A stretch of 64,000 nucleotides of DNA from Catajapyx aquilonaris (lineage: Eukaryota), in assembly GCA_000934665.2 (NCBI GenBank), contig KZ538179.1, positions 1-64,000 on the forward strand. Reading direction: 5' to 3'. The notes below the pieces were generated by a model. That model did no database searches. It was not told where the DNA came from and was given only the letters and a program-made list of their open reading frames with translations. Shown piece after piece: positions 52,804-64,000 of the stretch. How positions within the stretch are numbered: the first letter of the stretch is position 1; each line of letters starts with the position of its first letter. A program made the translations under genes and the position numbers.

Positions 52804-54222
52804 CACTTTTTTTTTCAAGTGGACCTTCACTACTCAAAACAAGAAAGAAAAAGTCGTGGAGCACTATCTTGGTAACCAGGCGATAGTATATTGTATATAC
52901 AAGTTGTTGTTTTTCCTAGAGCCTCTCTACCCCCCCCCCCCCGAATAATGGAGACCGTGCAATATTATGAGTAACATTGACATTGGCTGAGTAAAGTAAA
53001 AAAAGCGTTGGGGGAAGAAATATTGTGGTAAACTTTTCCGTTTCTAGCTGACACCCCGCACTATGAATATTTTCTGGAACAGGACTACCCTTTATTGTTA
53101 CTTCATGGATTGCAGTCATTGTTGACACTGTTTACTTCTTTTGCTATGTGACGGCATCTCCATGAAAATTTGAAGGTGAAACGACAATTTTGAAAATAGA
53201 TGAAATTATTTGAGCTAATACTGTTCTGTACGAATATCTTGGCCAGAGTGACATTTTAAAGGCCTATAATGATGGCCTAATACGAATTAGTAAGGCAATT
53301 CCTAGAGGCTTCTGTTCACACTTGAAAGTTTCCCTTAAATTGAAACATAGGGCGTAAAGCGACTTCTACAAAGTGAAATTGGGCCTGGTTTGACTCCATA
53401 ATTTTTCATGCTAAAATACTATATGGTATACATTGTAGAACTTCCATGCTGTGGGTGTAGCTTATTTTCCAAGACTGTATATAAGAACACAAAGAGCACC
53501 ATCATAGTTTTACAATTGCCCGGATAGTAAGGCTCTAATCTAAACTGATGAGTGGTGGGAAAGATGCTCACATCTCTCTGGCCATTGCATTGGTTCGACG
53601 TCATTTTCTATGCGACGAAAATATACTATATTACCCACCCTATATGTGACTTTGGTGATTCCATTACGGGAATTGGGCGATACAGCACCAAACGTACAGT
53701 ATATCAGTGAGACAGGGAATGCATTTTTCTGCATCAGTTATCCAGCGGATCATGATATTTATCGTGTCTAGAGTGAACTAACAATATGACTCGTTGAAAA
53801 TCAGAATTCCTCCCGCTGAAATAATACACGGAGCTGCTGATAGTCTTACATTACAAGATGACCTCTGATGGGGAAGAGTAGGCCTACTGCATTATCATAC
53901 AGTTCGTAGTATTTTAGGAGACTGTATGCAGCAGATAACCTTTCCCAGAATAATAAGTTACAGTATACTCCCGATATAACAGACTTCAGGGGAATGTGGA
54001 AATCAGTCTAATATAACCAAGAATCTGTTACAGCCGAGGATGTTATATTTGGAGTCAACTGTATACATACCGGTATTGTATCTTTTCCTGCAGTTGTCAC
54101 ATATAATTTTTATGGCCAAGGATATGTACAGAGTTGGGTCACAAAGTGATGTAATAGTTTAGTGTTAATTTTAAAGTCTGGCTATCCCAGATAATGAATT
54201 TCTATAACACCCATTTCGCACG

Positions 54223-56355
54223 TTATTTTTTGCACTGCAGTGCTTCTAAGCACTTGCAGACTTCTGCGAATATTGCTTCCGTTTCTCCCTCCGCAGAAAT
54301 CTGAAATAACAGACATGATTACAGAAATAATATAGTAAAATAAGCTGCAGTACATGCAATTTCGTTCCTTACAGTCTTGCATTTGTCCGAGTACTTCTTG
54401 ATGACAGGTTCGGTATGTTGGTGGAACGTGTCCAGCCTTTTCTTGATGGTCTCCACGTTGTCGTCGACCCTTCCAGACGTCTTTCCCCTGTTCAGCAGCC
54501 TATCCGTCATTGTCTTGTCGCTCACATCAAAGTAGAGAATTACCGCGCAAGGACATACCTGTGTGAAACAACCGTGTAACCCTTTTCTGAAGGATAATAT
54601 TACACTAACTGTATAACTCGCCTGCTTTTCAAACTCTTCTCCTTGTGCAACTTCTCTCGGGTATCCGTCAATCAGGAAGCCCTTGGATGTGGGCAGCTTC
54701 TTCACCATTTCTTCTCTCAGGAGGTCAAGCACCACACTCTGTAGAGAAGTTAGTGGATATGGAGTTCAACTTGAAATCCGCAGATTGCATCAATATTATC
54801 CGGGGTACTCACGAGAGGCACAAGCTCTCCTTTTTCCATCGTGGCGTTGAGTTGCTGACCTCTTGGTGACCCGGAGGCGACCTCATCTCGGAGAAGGTCG
54901 CCCGACGACAGATGGGTGTAGCCATACTTTTCCACGACTTTAGCACACTGGGTGCCTTTCCCAGAACCAGGGCCGCCTGGATGGGAAGAGGGCAAAAATT
55001 AGCTATCTTATAACTACTACAGTAATAACTAATAAGTGACCAAGCGTCCAACACATGTGGATTTTATTCAATAGCTAATATATAATATCAGAAGCATTTT
55101 CTGCTGGTAATGTATTTAACCACAAGCTGCAGAACAGGAATTTTGGTACTTTACACATTCAGTGACGGAAGAATTACAAATCATCAGATAAAATGTTACC
55201 TAAGACCCAGATGACTGGAATGCCTGCAGTCTTGAGGTCAGCCTGTAAAAATCATTTTTGTGAGTGGTAGATATGAATGGGAACATGCTGGCTTCAATAC
55301 CTTCAAAGACATTTTGCTGCCGAAATATTAGAACGAGTGCTACAGGAATTTTGAAGATGTCAACAAAATCTCGCGATGCTCGTTTGTCATCTTGTTTACC
55401 ATTGTTTTATTCCTGCGAGATATTGCTTGCAGGGAAACACGTGAGTGTGAATCTTCTCTTTGCATAAAATAATTTATTGGTTTACTCTCGTCATTATGGG
55501 GTGCAGGAATTTGAGCAACAAGTACCGAGCTTACAAGAGTGAGTATTGAGAAACGGTTATGTGATCTATGGGACGAGTTGGAAAGGACATTTTTTTTTGT
55601 CTGCTAGTAAAGTTTCTTCGGTACTTTCATTCTGGTGAACATTTTGCAACAATATAGGTTTATTGAGAGTTTTAAATAGCTTACACTCTTACAGTACAGT
55701 ATTCCCTGTTTTTCTCTTAAATTGTAATGGCTCATGTGGAACACTTTGACCTTTTGATTGGAATATAATGTACACTGTACAATATAACAGAGTGAGAGAA
55801 TAGAAAAAATTGGCAAGAAAGCGATGACGTCATTTATGGCAGGCTTCATTACAACATCGTGTTTATTTAAAGGTATAGGTGGCTTTTGTGGCCTACAAAA
55901 GTGTCGTCCGGGCAAATTGCTGAGAAGTGAAATGCTATGAGGAATTTAAATATGCTCTTCAGGCAAATTCCAAAAGCTGCATTATTTTATATTCACTTTC
56001 AAGTTACCAACCAGATTAGAACCCAAAATTTATACCGGAGAACTCAGAATAAGACATTTCCAGCTTGTTCATAACGTTTGAAAAGCGCCAAATATTACAA
56101 GTTACTCAAAGTTCCTCTAGCGCCCGAGAACAATCGCATGTAATTCAACAATGTATTCAGTCACACGATGTAGTTAAAATACTTCTTAGTGGCAGTTCAC
56201 ATTACCACAATAGTGGTACTGACTCGAAAATAGCTTTTCGCAAAATCGTAAAGAATCTAATGTTCCACCAATTTCGTTCGCTAACTGGCTATTAAATAAG
56301 TAGTTACCAGCTGCCGTTACTTGACGGTACAGTACCACTGGGTATGACTCACCAT
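54223..56355 (-). CDS. AK1: Adenylate kinase 1; exons 56353-56355 (ATG), 55200-55242, 54813-54976, 54622-54738, 54373-54558, 54223-54300
   Basis: [62 protein letters not shown]. One GC-AG intron (GCGAGT at 54621). Confidence 0.93.
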
Positions 56356-59300
56356 TGTGAAACTGATACGTCCCTTCTTCCGCTACGACGACTGCTCCAG
56401 CCCAACCGCCACTGTCGTTCTCGACGATTACGACACTGGGTGACCTTGAGAAGGGCGGGTTTATGTTGGGATTCCAAGAGTGGCGCTAGTGATGTGGGAA
56501 TTCGCGACTCTACAACCCCTTCCTACCCACCCATCCCCTGTTCGCACATGTCCCGCCACGCCTTCTGATCTATTTCTGGTAACCCTTTCCCTTCTCATAT
56601 GTAAATGACACTCAGGTCATCCCTAACATAAGAGGATTTTACTCACCCAATCCCAAGTATTGAGCGTATTTTGGGAAAAGGCAAACTACCTGAAATATTA
56701 TCTGCACGACCCCGTACCAACTATTTACTCGGGCTACTTTTCAAAAGCTCAACGATAAAGCTGAAAATATCACGGTGTCTCTTACGTTGAAGGGCGTGGG
56801 TTCGACGACCGAGCGGATATAAAAAAATATTAACTACCTTTCCCATACCATACTGGCAATTAGGTACACATGCAAGCTGCACGTGTCCAGATGATATTTT
56901 CCTACTGAATAATTAAGTGCATACTCGACACCTGCACCGAGTTCACTACACTACTCACTAATGAGAGTATGCAAATTTTTTTTACAGCAAGCCGCCAGAA
57001 ACATTTAGAAAGCTGCAATGATGTCAAGCATGTCCTTGTGCTGCTTAGTAATATTTCCTGTTAGCTCATCGCAAGGTTCATGCTTTCAGTATAGCCTACT
57101 ACGTAGATATGATGATTTAATGCAAGCTAGTCACGTATTCAAGTGATACAAAATTGTCAAAAATATTTTTTTAAATGTGTCGTGTATATGTGAAAAAAAT
57201 GAGGGACCGAAGGGGATGTAGCACCTCCTGAATAGCACCAGCAGGGTGGCGCCTCCGTCGTCGTCGTCGTCAGGGGCGTCGGTTGAGGGCGTCACTGAAT
57301 CGATGCAGCCGAGCGTCGAAGGCGGGAAAGCAGCACTCCTGGCGGTGAAATGGGGCGATTGAGGTCTATCGGAAGACTGCAGTGACGTCGGAGACTATTG
57401 ATGTCACACCTCATTGCCGGGGCCTATCCTAATTGGACACATGGCGCGCCAGGTTTAATGCGAATCGACGTAGCTGTGTGTACAACTATTATATACAGTA
57501 GTCTACATGGTCACGCTTAGCGGTGGGTTTGAAAAGGTCACTTGCTGCGTATGCAAGAGGTTTCGAAAACTGTCGCTTAAATGAGATGTTTCATTTGACA
57601 ATAGTAGAATTTATTATACACTTTTTTTTAGAGAAATCAGTAGTTATCTCAGATACAAAGGTGATGAGTCGGCAACAAATAATGGCCAGTGTTTGAATCT
57701 GACTCAAATGGCACTTTCATGCAGGGTTCAGCCAGTTTTATAAGCAAAAGGTTTCAGCATTATACTTGTTAGTAGCCAGTATACGCATTAAGGTTACTGT
57801 ACATAAACTTTATACATGTCATTTTAAAAGTATTCCTTAAGGCTATAGTTGTTGTCTTATATGACACTATATACATTTGTATAGGTTACAACAATTATTT
57901 ACATGCTACTAAGTAAGACGAGCCATAAATAACTAACATGGGCCTTTGTACATTTTCATGGACCTTATTGGAATTCTTGCTATATGTTCTTGCTTGTACA
58001 GTTTCATCTTCTGGTGGCCTTGCATCAGAATTTCTACTGAACTGTTAATGCTGACTCTAATAACAATAGCTTCCATATGCTTACTTCACGTATAAAAGGC
58101 CTACTCTACTGAACCTGATTAATTTTTCATCAATTGAGTTCGAAGTCTTACTCGCTTCATGAGAACATTGCACATTTGCACTTGTCACTAACCATTTTGC
58201 TTTCATTTCACAATATCGATGTTTAGTTTCTTCCAGTTTTCGTCAGATGAAGCATAGACAAAAAAATTATCCGGCACTTTTTACGTCGTGAATTCTGACA
58301 CCATCATAATAATGAGTTTTGAAGCAATTATTGTAAGTGCTTTCTTGTCGCAAGACTACTCACCATCACAAAGTGACAAGAGTGCAGAATGTCTTTCACA
58401 GAATGGCCATGTATATTTTAGAGCGTTATTATTGCTAGGAATCGTTGCCGGATGACAGTAATGAAGGAACCGAACTCAGACGTGACGATCGATGTGAGTT
58501 AAGTATTCATCAAGTGCCACATCCAGTATACTCACTATGAGGAAAAGAACCTTGTTTTAAATATATTATTTCGTAGAAGCTGCGGGAATGTACACACGTA
58601 CTTTGCAACATTTATGCAACGCCGTTGATACACAATTTATGCCAGAAACATCAATTATATCATGCAAAATATAAGTTGTAGTCCTGCGCAATGTAATATT
58701 AAAGAGTTTGCGCCGACTTTATGAAGATTTGTAAGGGTTTTCATTTCATTATTTTATGGACGAATTAATTTCATGGAGCGTCTCAATTATCAGTAATATT
58801 TCGGGAAGCGTAGTTTTGATTCATGTTTCACAAGCTTTAATACTCTGCAAATTATTTAATACAATCATGTTGATGAAACATCACCATAACTCAAATTAGC
58901 GTGTGGAATAGGAGATATAGGTAGGAGATTCTCAATAAGTTGTTATGCAAGACCGTTTACTTTGGAGGTTATCACGGCTTACGTGGGGTTTGACCTTTAA
59001 GGGAGGGAGACATCTGATGCTGACGCAATACTAATATTGAACCCACCAAGTCATTTTCAGACTATAGGTGCACGTGTCAGCTTCGGAGGAACAACTGCTG
59101 GACAGTCATGCAAAATAAAACGTTGATTCGTTTCGCTCGTAAAGTATAACAATCAAAAATAGAAAGTACGAAACCTGCAATAATAAAATTCTTGTGTCAC
59201 TTTGGGATAGTGAGGTTTATGACGAGTGAGTCGAACAATACCAGTATCGCGGATGCATTGTAGGTACACTGTAAAAAGTCACTTCCTCTTCAACGGTTAA

Positions 59301-59412
59301 CGTTTATCTCGTGCCAATAGGAATTCAGCACCCCATTCCTCACCAACGCAACGAGATCAGCCGTAGGAACAGTATCATTATAAAAACAACATTCAACAAC
59401 AACCATGTCCGT

Positions 59413-61893
59413 CTAATTGGGGTACTGCTCGACGTCATTGTACATCTGCGCGAGAGTGTCCGCACTAGGGTTTCCTGCCCGCATGTTGGAGGCGTTGTGG
59501 CTCTGGTTGAGGACGGGCATCCTTGGTCCAAAGTCCTCCTCAGGGACAGGCCCCGGGGCGCCCTTCCTCGGGGGACCCACCCCGTTGGCCAGGTTTGCAA
59601 CACTTCCGTTGGCCAGTCCAGCCAGCTGCCCGAAAGGGTTGTCCTTGTTGTTTCTGGTCGCCCGGAGAAGACCCGTCACTGTCCCAACCGCACGTTTGAA
59701 CTCAGAGGCCACCTGGTTGTTCTCCATGTCTCCATCAACCTGAAGAGAAGGAGGGGGGTTTTACAGTGGCACAAATCAAGCTTGCAATAGACACTCATTC
59801 CTTATCTTCCTCACAACTTCTCATAATACTTTTACGTTAGATATAGCGCCAGAATCAATTAGGTAGACTTTATCTTGAACATTCAAAGGTTGTTCAAAGG
59901 AACCTACAAGGCCTTGAGGAAATTATACAACACCAAAATAATGTACAATTTGTGTGAGTCACTGTGCGAGATCGGATCAGTAAGCTCATCGTGAACGAGT
60001 ACAGTAGCAGGTACTACTGTACTACATGCGTAAGCAGGCTGACATGCAACATATGAATAATTCGGACTGCTTGTAATTTCGACACTGCAAGTAGTGGTTC
60101 AAATAGCTTCCAGATCCGTGGTGCAAGTAAAATTGTAATTGAGTCGATACACTGCTATGATAGTATTGATTGCGAACACCCGGTCTTTATGCCCGAATAT
60201 GCAGCCTATAGCTTGCGTGCTTGTACACATTACCAGAATGTTGAAGTTTTGAAGAGGCACATATCTGTTTGATAGCCGTGTGGCATTGAAAGATGAAACT
60301 TTAAATTATACATGCCAACGTTTGTTAGCACTGTCTCCGTTATTTTATGATTCACAAACAGTAGTATGCTACCATAAATGCGCAAAGAGAACTTTCCCTT
60401 GTAAGCCTATTGAAATATTTGGACATTCCAGAGTACTCTGTAGTGCTGCACGTAGAAGCATTATACAGTACTTGGTCATGAAGAAATAGTGAACAAACAG
60501 AAATGCATTCAGAATTTACGAAATCAAGTTGTTTCATTAACAGTATAATTACACTGTATAAACCAGTACTTACGATGATGAGCCTGCTCTTTTCATCGAG
60601 TGACTTCAACATAGGTAGGGTAACTTCTCTGTAAAGTTGTAACCGTCTTCTGACAGCTGCTGGGTTCCTGTCGTCAATTCTCTGCTCAGAAGCAACTCTT
60701 TGGCCTAGATTCCTCCCCAATTCCAGCTCGGAGCAGTCTACCAAGACCAAAGGCGGTTCTTGCTGAAACTAGAGGGTAGGAGGTAGAGGCGAATTATACG
60801 GGAGGGAAAATGCTAAAGGTCTTATTAATGAGATTATAAAATTATTGGTACCAGTGTCTCGAAGGTCTGCATTTGATTGAAGTCACGCGGAAATCCATCG
60901 ATAATGAAGCCCTCCGCTTTGTTGTTGGCTGCCATTTGAGCGCCTAATATTTTAAGTACCATATCCTGCCGGAAAATTATTGATCTTGTAATAATGCAAT
61001 GACAGTCATAGAACATTTTTATGGTAATGTAGGACTATACCGTCATTCACAGTGTTTTTACTAGTCTCTTTAGAATGCGAGCTGCTTTTACAGGCTAATG
61101 TCAGGATAATGATATGCGCCTAATGTTACCTATTAGCTGATGAATATAATTTCCATGGCATAAAACGGGAAGGTGGCTTATACGTACACTTGGAAACAGT
61201 AGTTTCAAAGTGTAAAACGAGTATAAGTCACCTTGTACAAGTATAATCAGAAAGCATAAAAATAACTTTTTCGAAGAGATATAGAGAGTCATTTTACAGC
61301 TGTACAATATAAGTGAATTTAACATAACATTAACTTATAGCATTTTGACACTGCCAACAAACTTATTACTATGGGACTGACCTGTGGAACCAGCTCTCCT
61401 TGAAGAACAAACCCGCGTATTCTTTGGCCTTGGTCGTTCCTAATGGCGGCAATCGCTGCCAGTGACGAGGGCGCGGATTGATCCACGATCTTCCTAAGAA
61501 GTTCTCCTACGCTCAGATGCACCCAACCAGGATGCAACGCAGCCACTCTTTTACAAAGAAGTCCTTTATTGCTGCCGGGACCACCTGAAACGGGAAATTG
61601 TGAGGTCATAATCTACCCCCTTATACACCAGCAAACGATCAAGAACGGCTGCTAGGGAACAACTTACCCATGACCCAAAGAACTGGAGGAGTGGTAGATT
61701 CACTGCCAATGTCAGACTTTGAAGGCATAGGGATGGACTTGATAATGTCAGTTTTGGTTATGGGTTTGGGCGGCGGTTCCTTCTTGATGGGCATCATGTC
61801 CTCTGGAGGTCTGTTTTTGGCATTTTGAAGTATGTCGTCTATGGAACGGAGTAGGTCGCTGTAAACGTCGTCCGGATGCCTCTCCCCATTCAC
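59413..61893 (-). CDS. Multi-domain adenylate kinase (AK5-like), 3' portion; exons 61668-61893, 61382-61584, 60852-60965, 60574-60768, 59413-59739
   Basis: The end of a preceding AK domain (VNGERHPDDVYSD) is followed by a linker, then PPVLWVMGGPGSNKG, WVHLSVGELLR, GFIIDGFPRD, RIDD, IVDGD and a long tail. Upstream exons were not located in the window. Confidence 0.85.
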
Positions 61894-64000
61894 CTACAAC
61901 ATACCAAGAAGATACTGTCAAGTATGCGTTCGAGACACTAGTCATCAAGTATGGGAATTATACGACAGAGGATCAAAAAGTTGTCGGACTCCTGATGTGG
62001 AAGACACACAAGAATGGGCTGCCTTGAAGTAGTGGGCCCCATTCAATTGTGTAGAATTCTCGTTCCATAGTTTACACTCAGCGTGAGTTTTCTGAAGAGC
62101 GAGAGGCAAGTTTGTGATCCCTGACAAAAGCATAGAAACCATTCAAGATTCACTCTACTAACATGTCACACATCCCAATTGCACTGGTACACAACAATTT
62201 GGAAAGATTATTTTTATCCGTCTTTATGGCATTATGCAGTTTCTGCGAAGGATCACGTCACTTTAAAGCAAGGTGCACAAAATACTCTCCACAACCAATA
62301 AATATAGAGACATGCAGTCACAAAATGGAAAGAAATATCCACAATGTTTCAATCATTATTTTGTTCTTCCCACATATGTTCAATAAATAATTTTTGGGGC
62401 TGGTCAGTCCTGAGTTCGCCCCGTTTCATCCAACACAATACTAGGAAATTAATGTTGACACACCCACGGACTAGTAACGATTGGGTACTACGAACAGTAT
62501 ACAGAAATGCCCGGAAAATGTGTGCAATAACATCACACGGCAAAGTGCTGGTCAATACACTTGAGTCGCACTTGTTGTGTATCATTGACGGGAATAGAGA
62601 TCGATTACAGATGTATTCGATTATGCACAAGTAATTCAGGGTAAATAACGAGATTCCTCTCACAAGCCTGGGCTCCCCAAATATGTAGTGTGCGTAGCAT
62701 GGAAAATAAAAAATGCGTACGTAGCTCGCCCACACAACAGCATATTAATTATTGTCATGGAGATGCACAGCATGGACTGTACGAAGGGAGATCATGATGG
62801 CTCAAAATACGCCACTGCACTAATTCAAAAGTCACGAACGGAAAGCACCGTAAGTAGATCTGTCTGCTGCACATGGCATGCTGTGCCAAAAGAGTTCGCC
62901 CGTCATATTATGCATATTGACTATACTTTTTGGTGTAATGTGGAGTGATGGGAGTGAGAAGCATTGTTTTTGTCTAATCTATAGGATTAGTTATAGGACC
63001 TGATACTGCCAAAAATGTTCCTTTTTTAGATTTATAACGTTTTCGTCTCGTTGCCGAATATTGGCGAGCAGTACATTGTCGCTCTTAAATGGTGGGGTAG
63101 GCGTACGTGCAACGAATGAGATCCATTACACTTTATTGTTCACATGCTTATGGTAACCTTTATGGCGGTGACGGATTGGGGGAGGGGGCGGAACAGTTCA
63201 TCTCTTTTGTTTTCAGGCCAGTCGCGTTATATACGCAAGGGATCTGTCTGCACGGAATACTAATTATAGGATACTGCCATAAATACAAAAACGCAGAAGG
63301 TTTTTTATTGTGCGAGTTTAAGGCCATTCATTGCCTTCTGAAACTCGTGTGTACTACTTTGACATCTTTGGCGTATTTTGGGTGATCGCTTTAGCTTTTG
63401 GGTTTCGTGTCCAAGTGGCATTTTCAATGTTTTTGTAGTTCAAGATCATGCTATGTGTACACTTCCATGACAAAAAAATGCTGTTGCATGGGTGTGGTCT
63501 ATATATCTGCATATAGCCTATATACAATCTTTTATACGGTTGGCGAAGGCTTTTGCTTTTTGGCCACCAATAGTCACATTTTATAGTGAAAAAACCATTC
63601 ACCTTCTTATCTTCTTATTTATCTTAAGGGCCTTCTATAAAAAATTTATTGCAAACTTTCTTAAGCTTGTTGCGAATAGGTGCTGACCTACTAAAACCCT
63701 TGTGCAAACGCTATTAAAATCTACCTTATTCCGCTTTTCCGTACAGATTCAGTGCTAATATTTATTGGGCAACCGTGTCAAGATTGTCTTCGTCGAATAA
63801 ATATTTACAGGATCTGAAGTCCAGGCAAAGAGGTGCTAGCTGTGAGTAAGTGATCAACAACAAAGGGTCTGTCGACAAAGATCATCCTCACACTGTGCTG
63901 GTATACACGGTCACAACTTTTTGATCTTCCTTCGTACATTCAGAAGCATATATACCTCCCCTGTGTGGCCAGTCACCTATTACGATGCGTGGACATCAAA

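Overview
Gene-dense, intron-containing eukaryotic DNA, probably from an arthropod (non-dipteran insect is an inference). Exon chains were reconstructed by hand for UBL5(+), uridine-cytidine kinase(-), SMYD3-like(+), BiP/HSPA5(-), METTL6(+), a class A peptide-receptor-like GPCR(-), UCHL5(+), HS2ST(-) and three tandem adenylate kinases(-). There is also a tRNA-Asp(GTC) and many non-autonomous DNA transposons, a tRNA-derived SINE and an RTE fragment. The main feature the ORF track misses is a spliced snoRNA host unit on the + strand (~27.25-36.43 kb). It starts head-to-head with BiP, carries essentially the whole METTL6 CDS as one exon, and continues through tiny non-coding exons. Its introns hold box C/D snoRNAs: three U76/SNORD76-like, three copies of a 28S guide I cannot assign to a family, one U44/SNORD44-like and one U45-like, plus H/ACA candidates and a possible recursive splice site. 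Other findings: two U12-type introns (UBL5, SMYD3), duplicated alternative last exons in UCK, an ERSE/UPRE-like array at the BiP promoter, and an AK1 duplicate with a candidate mitochondrial presequence. All homology calls rest on recalled sequences; no searches were run.
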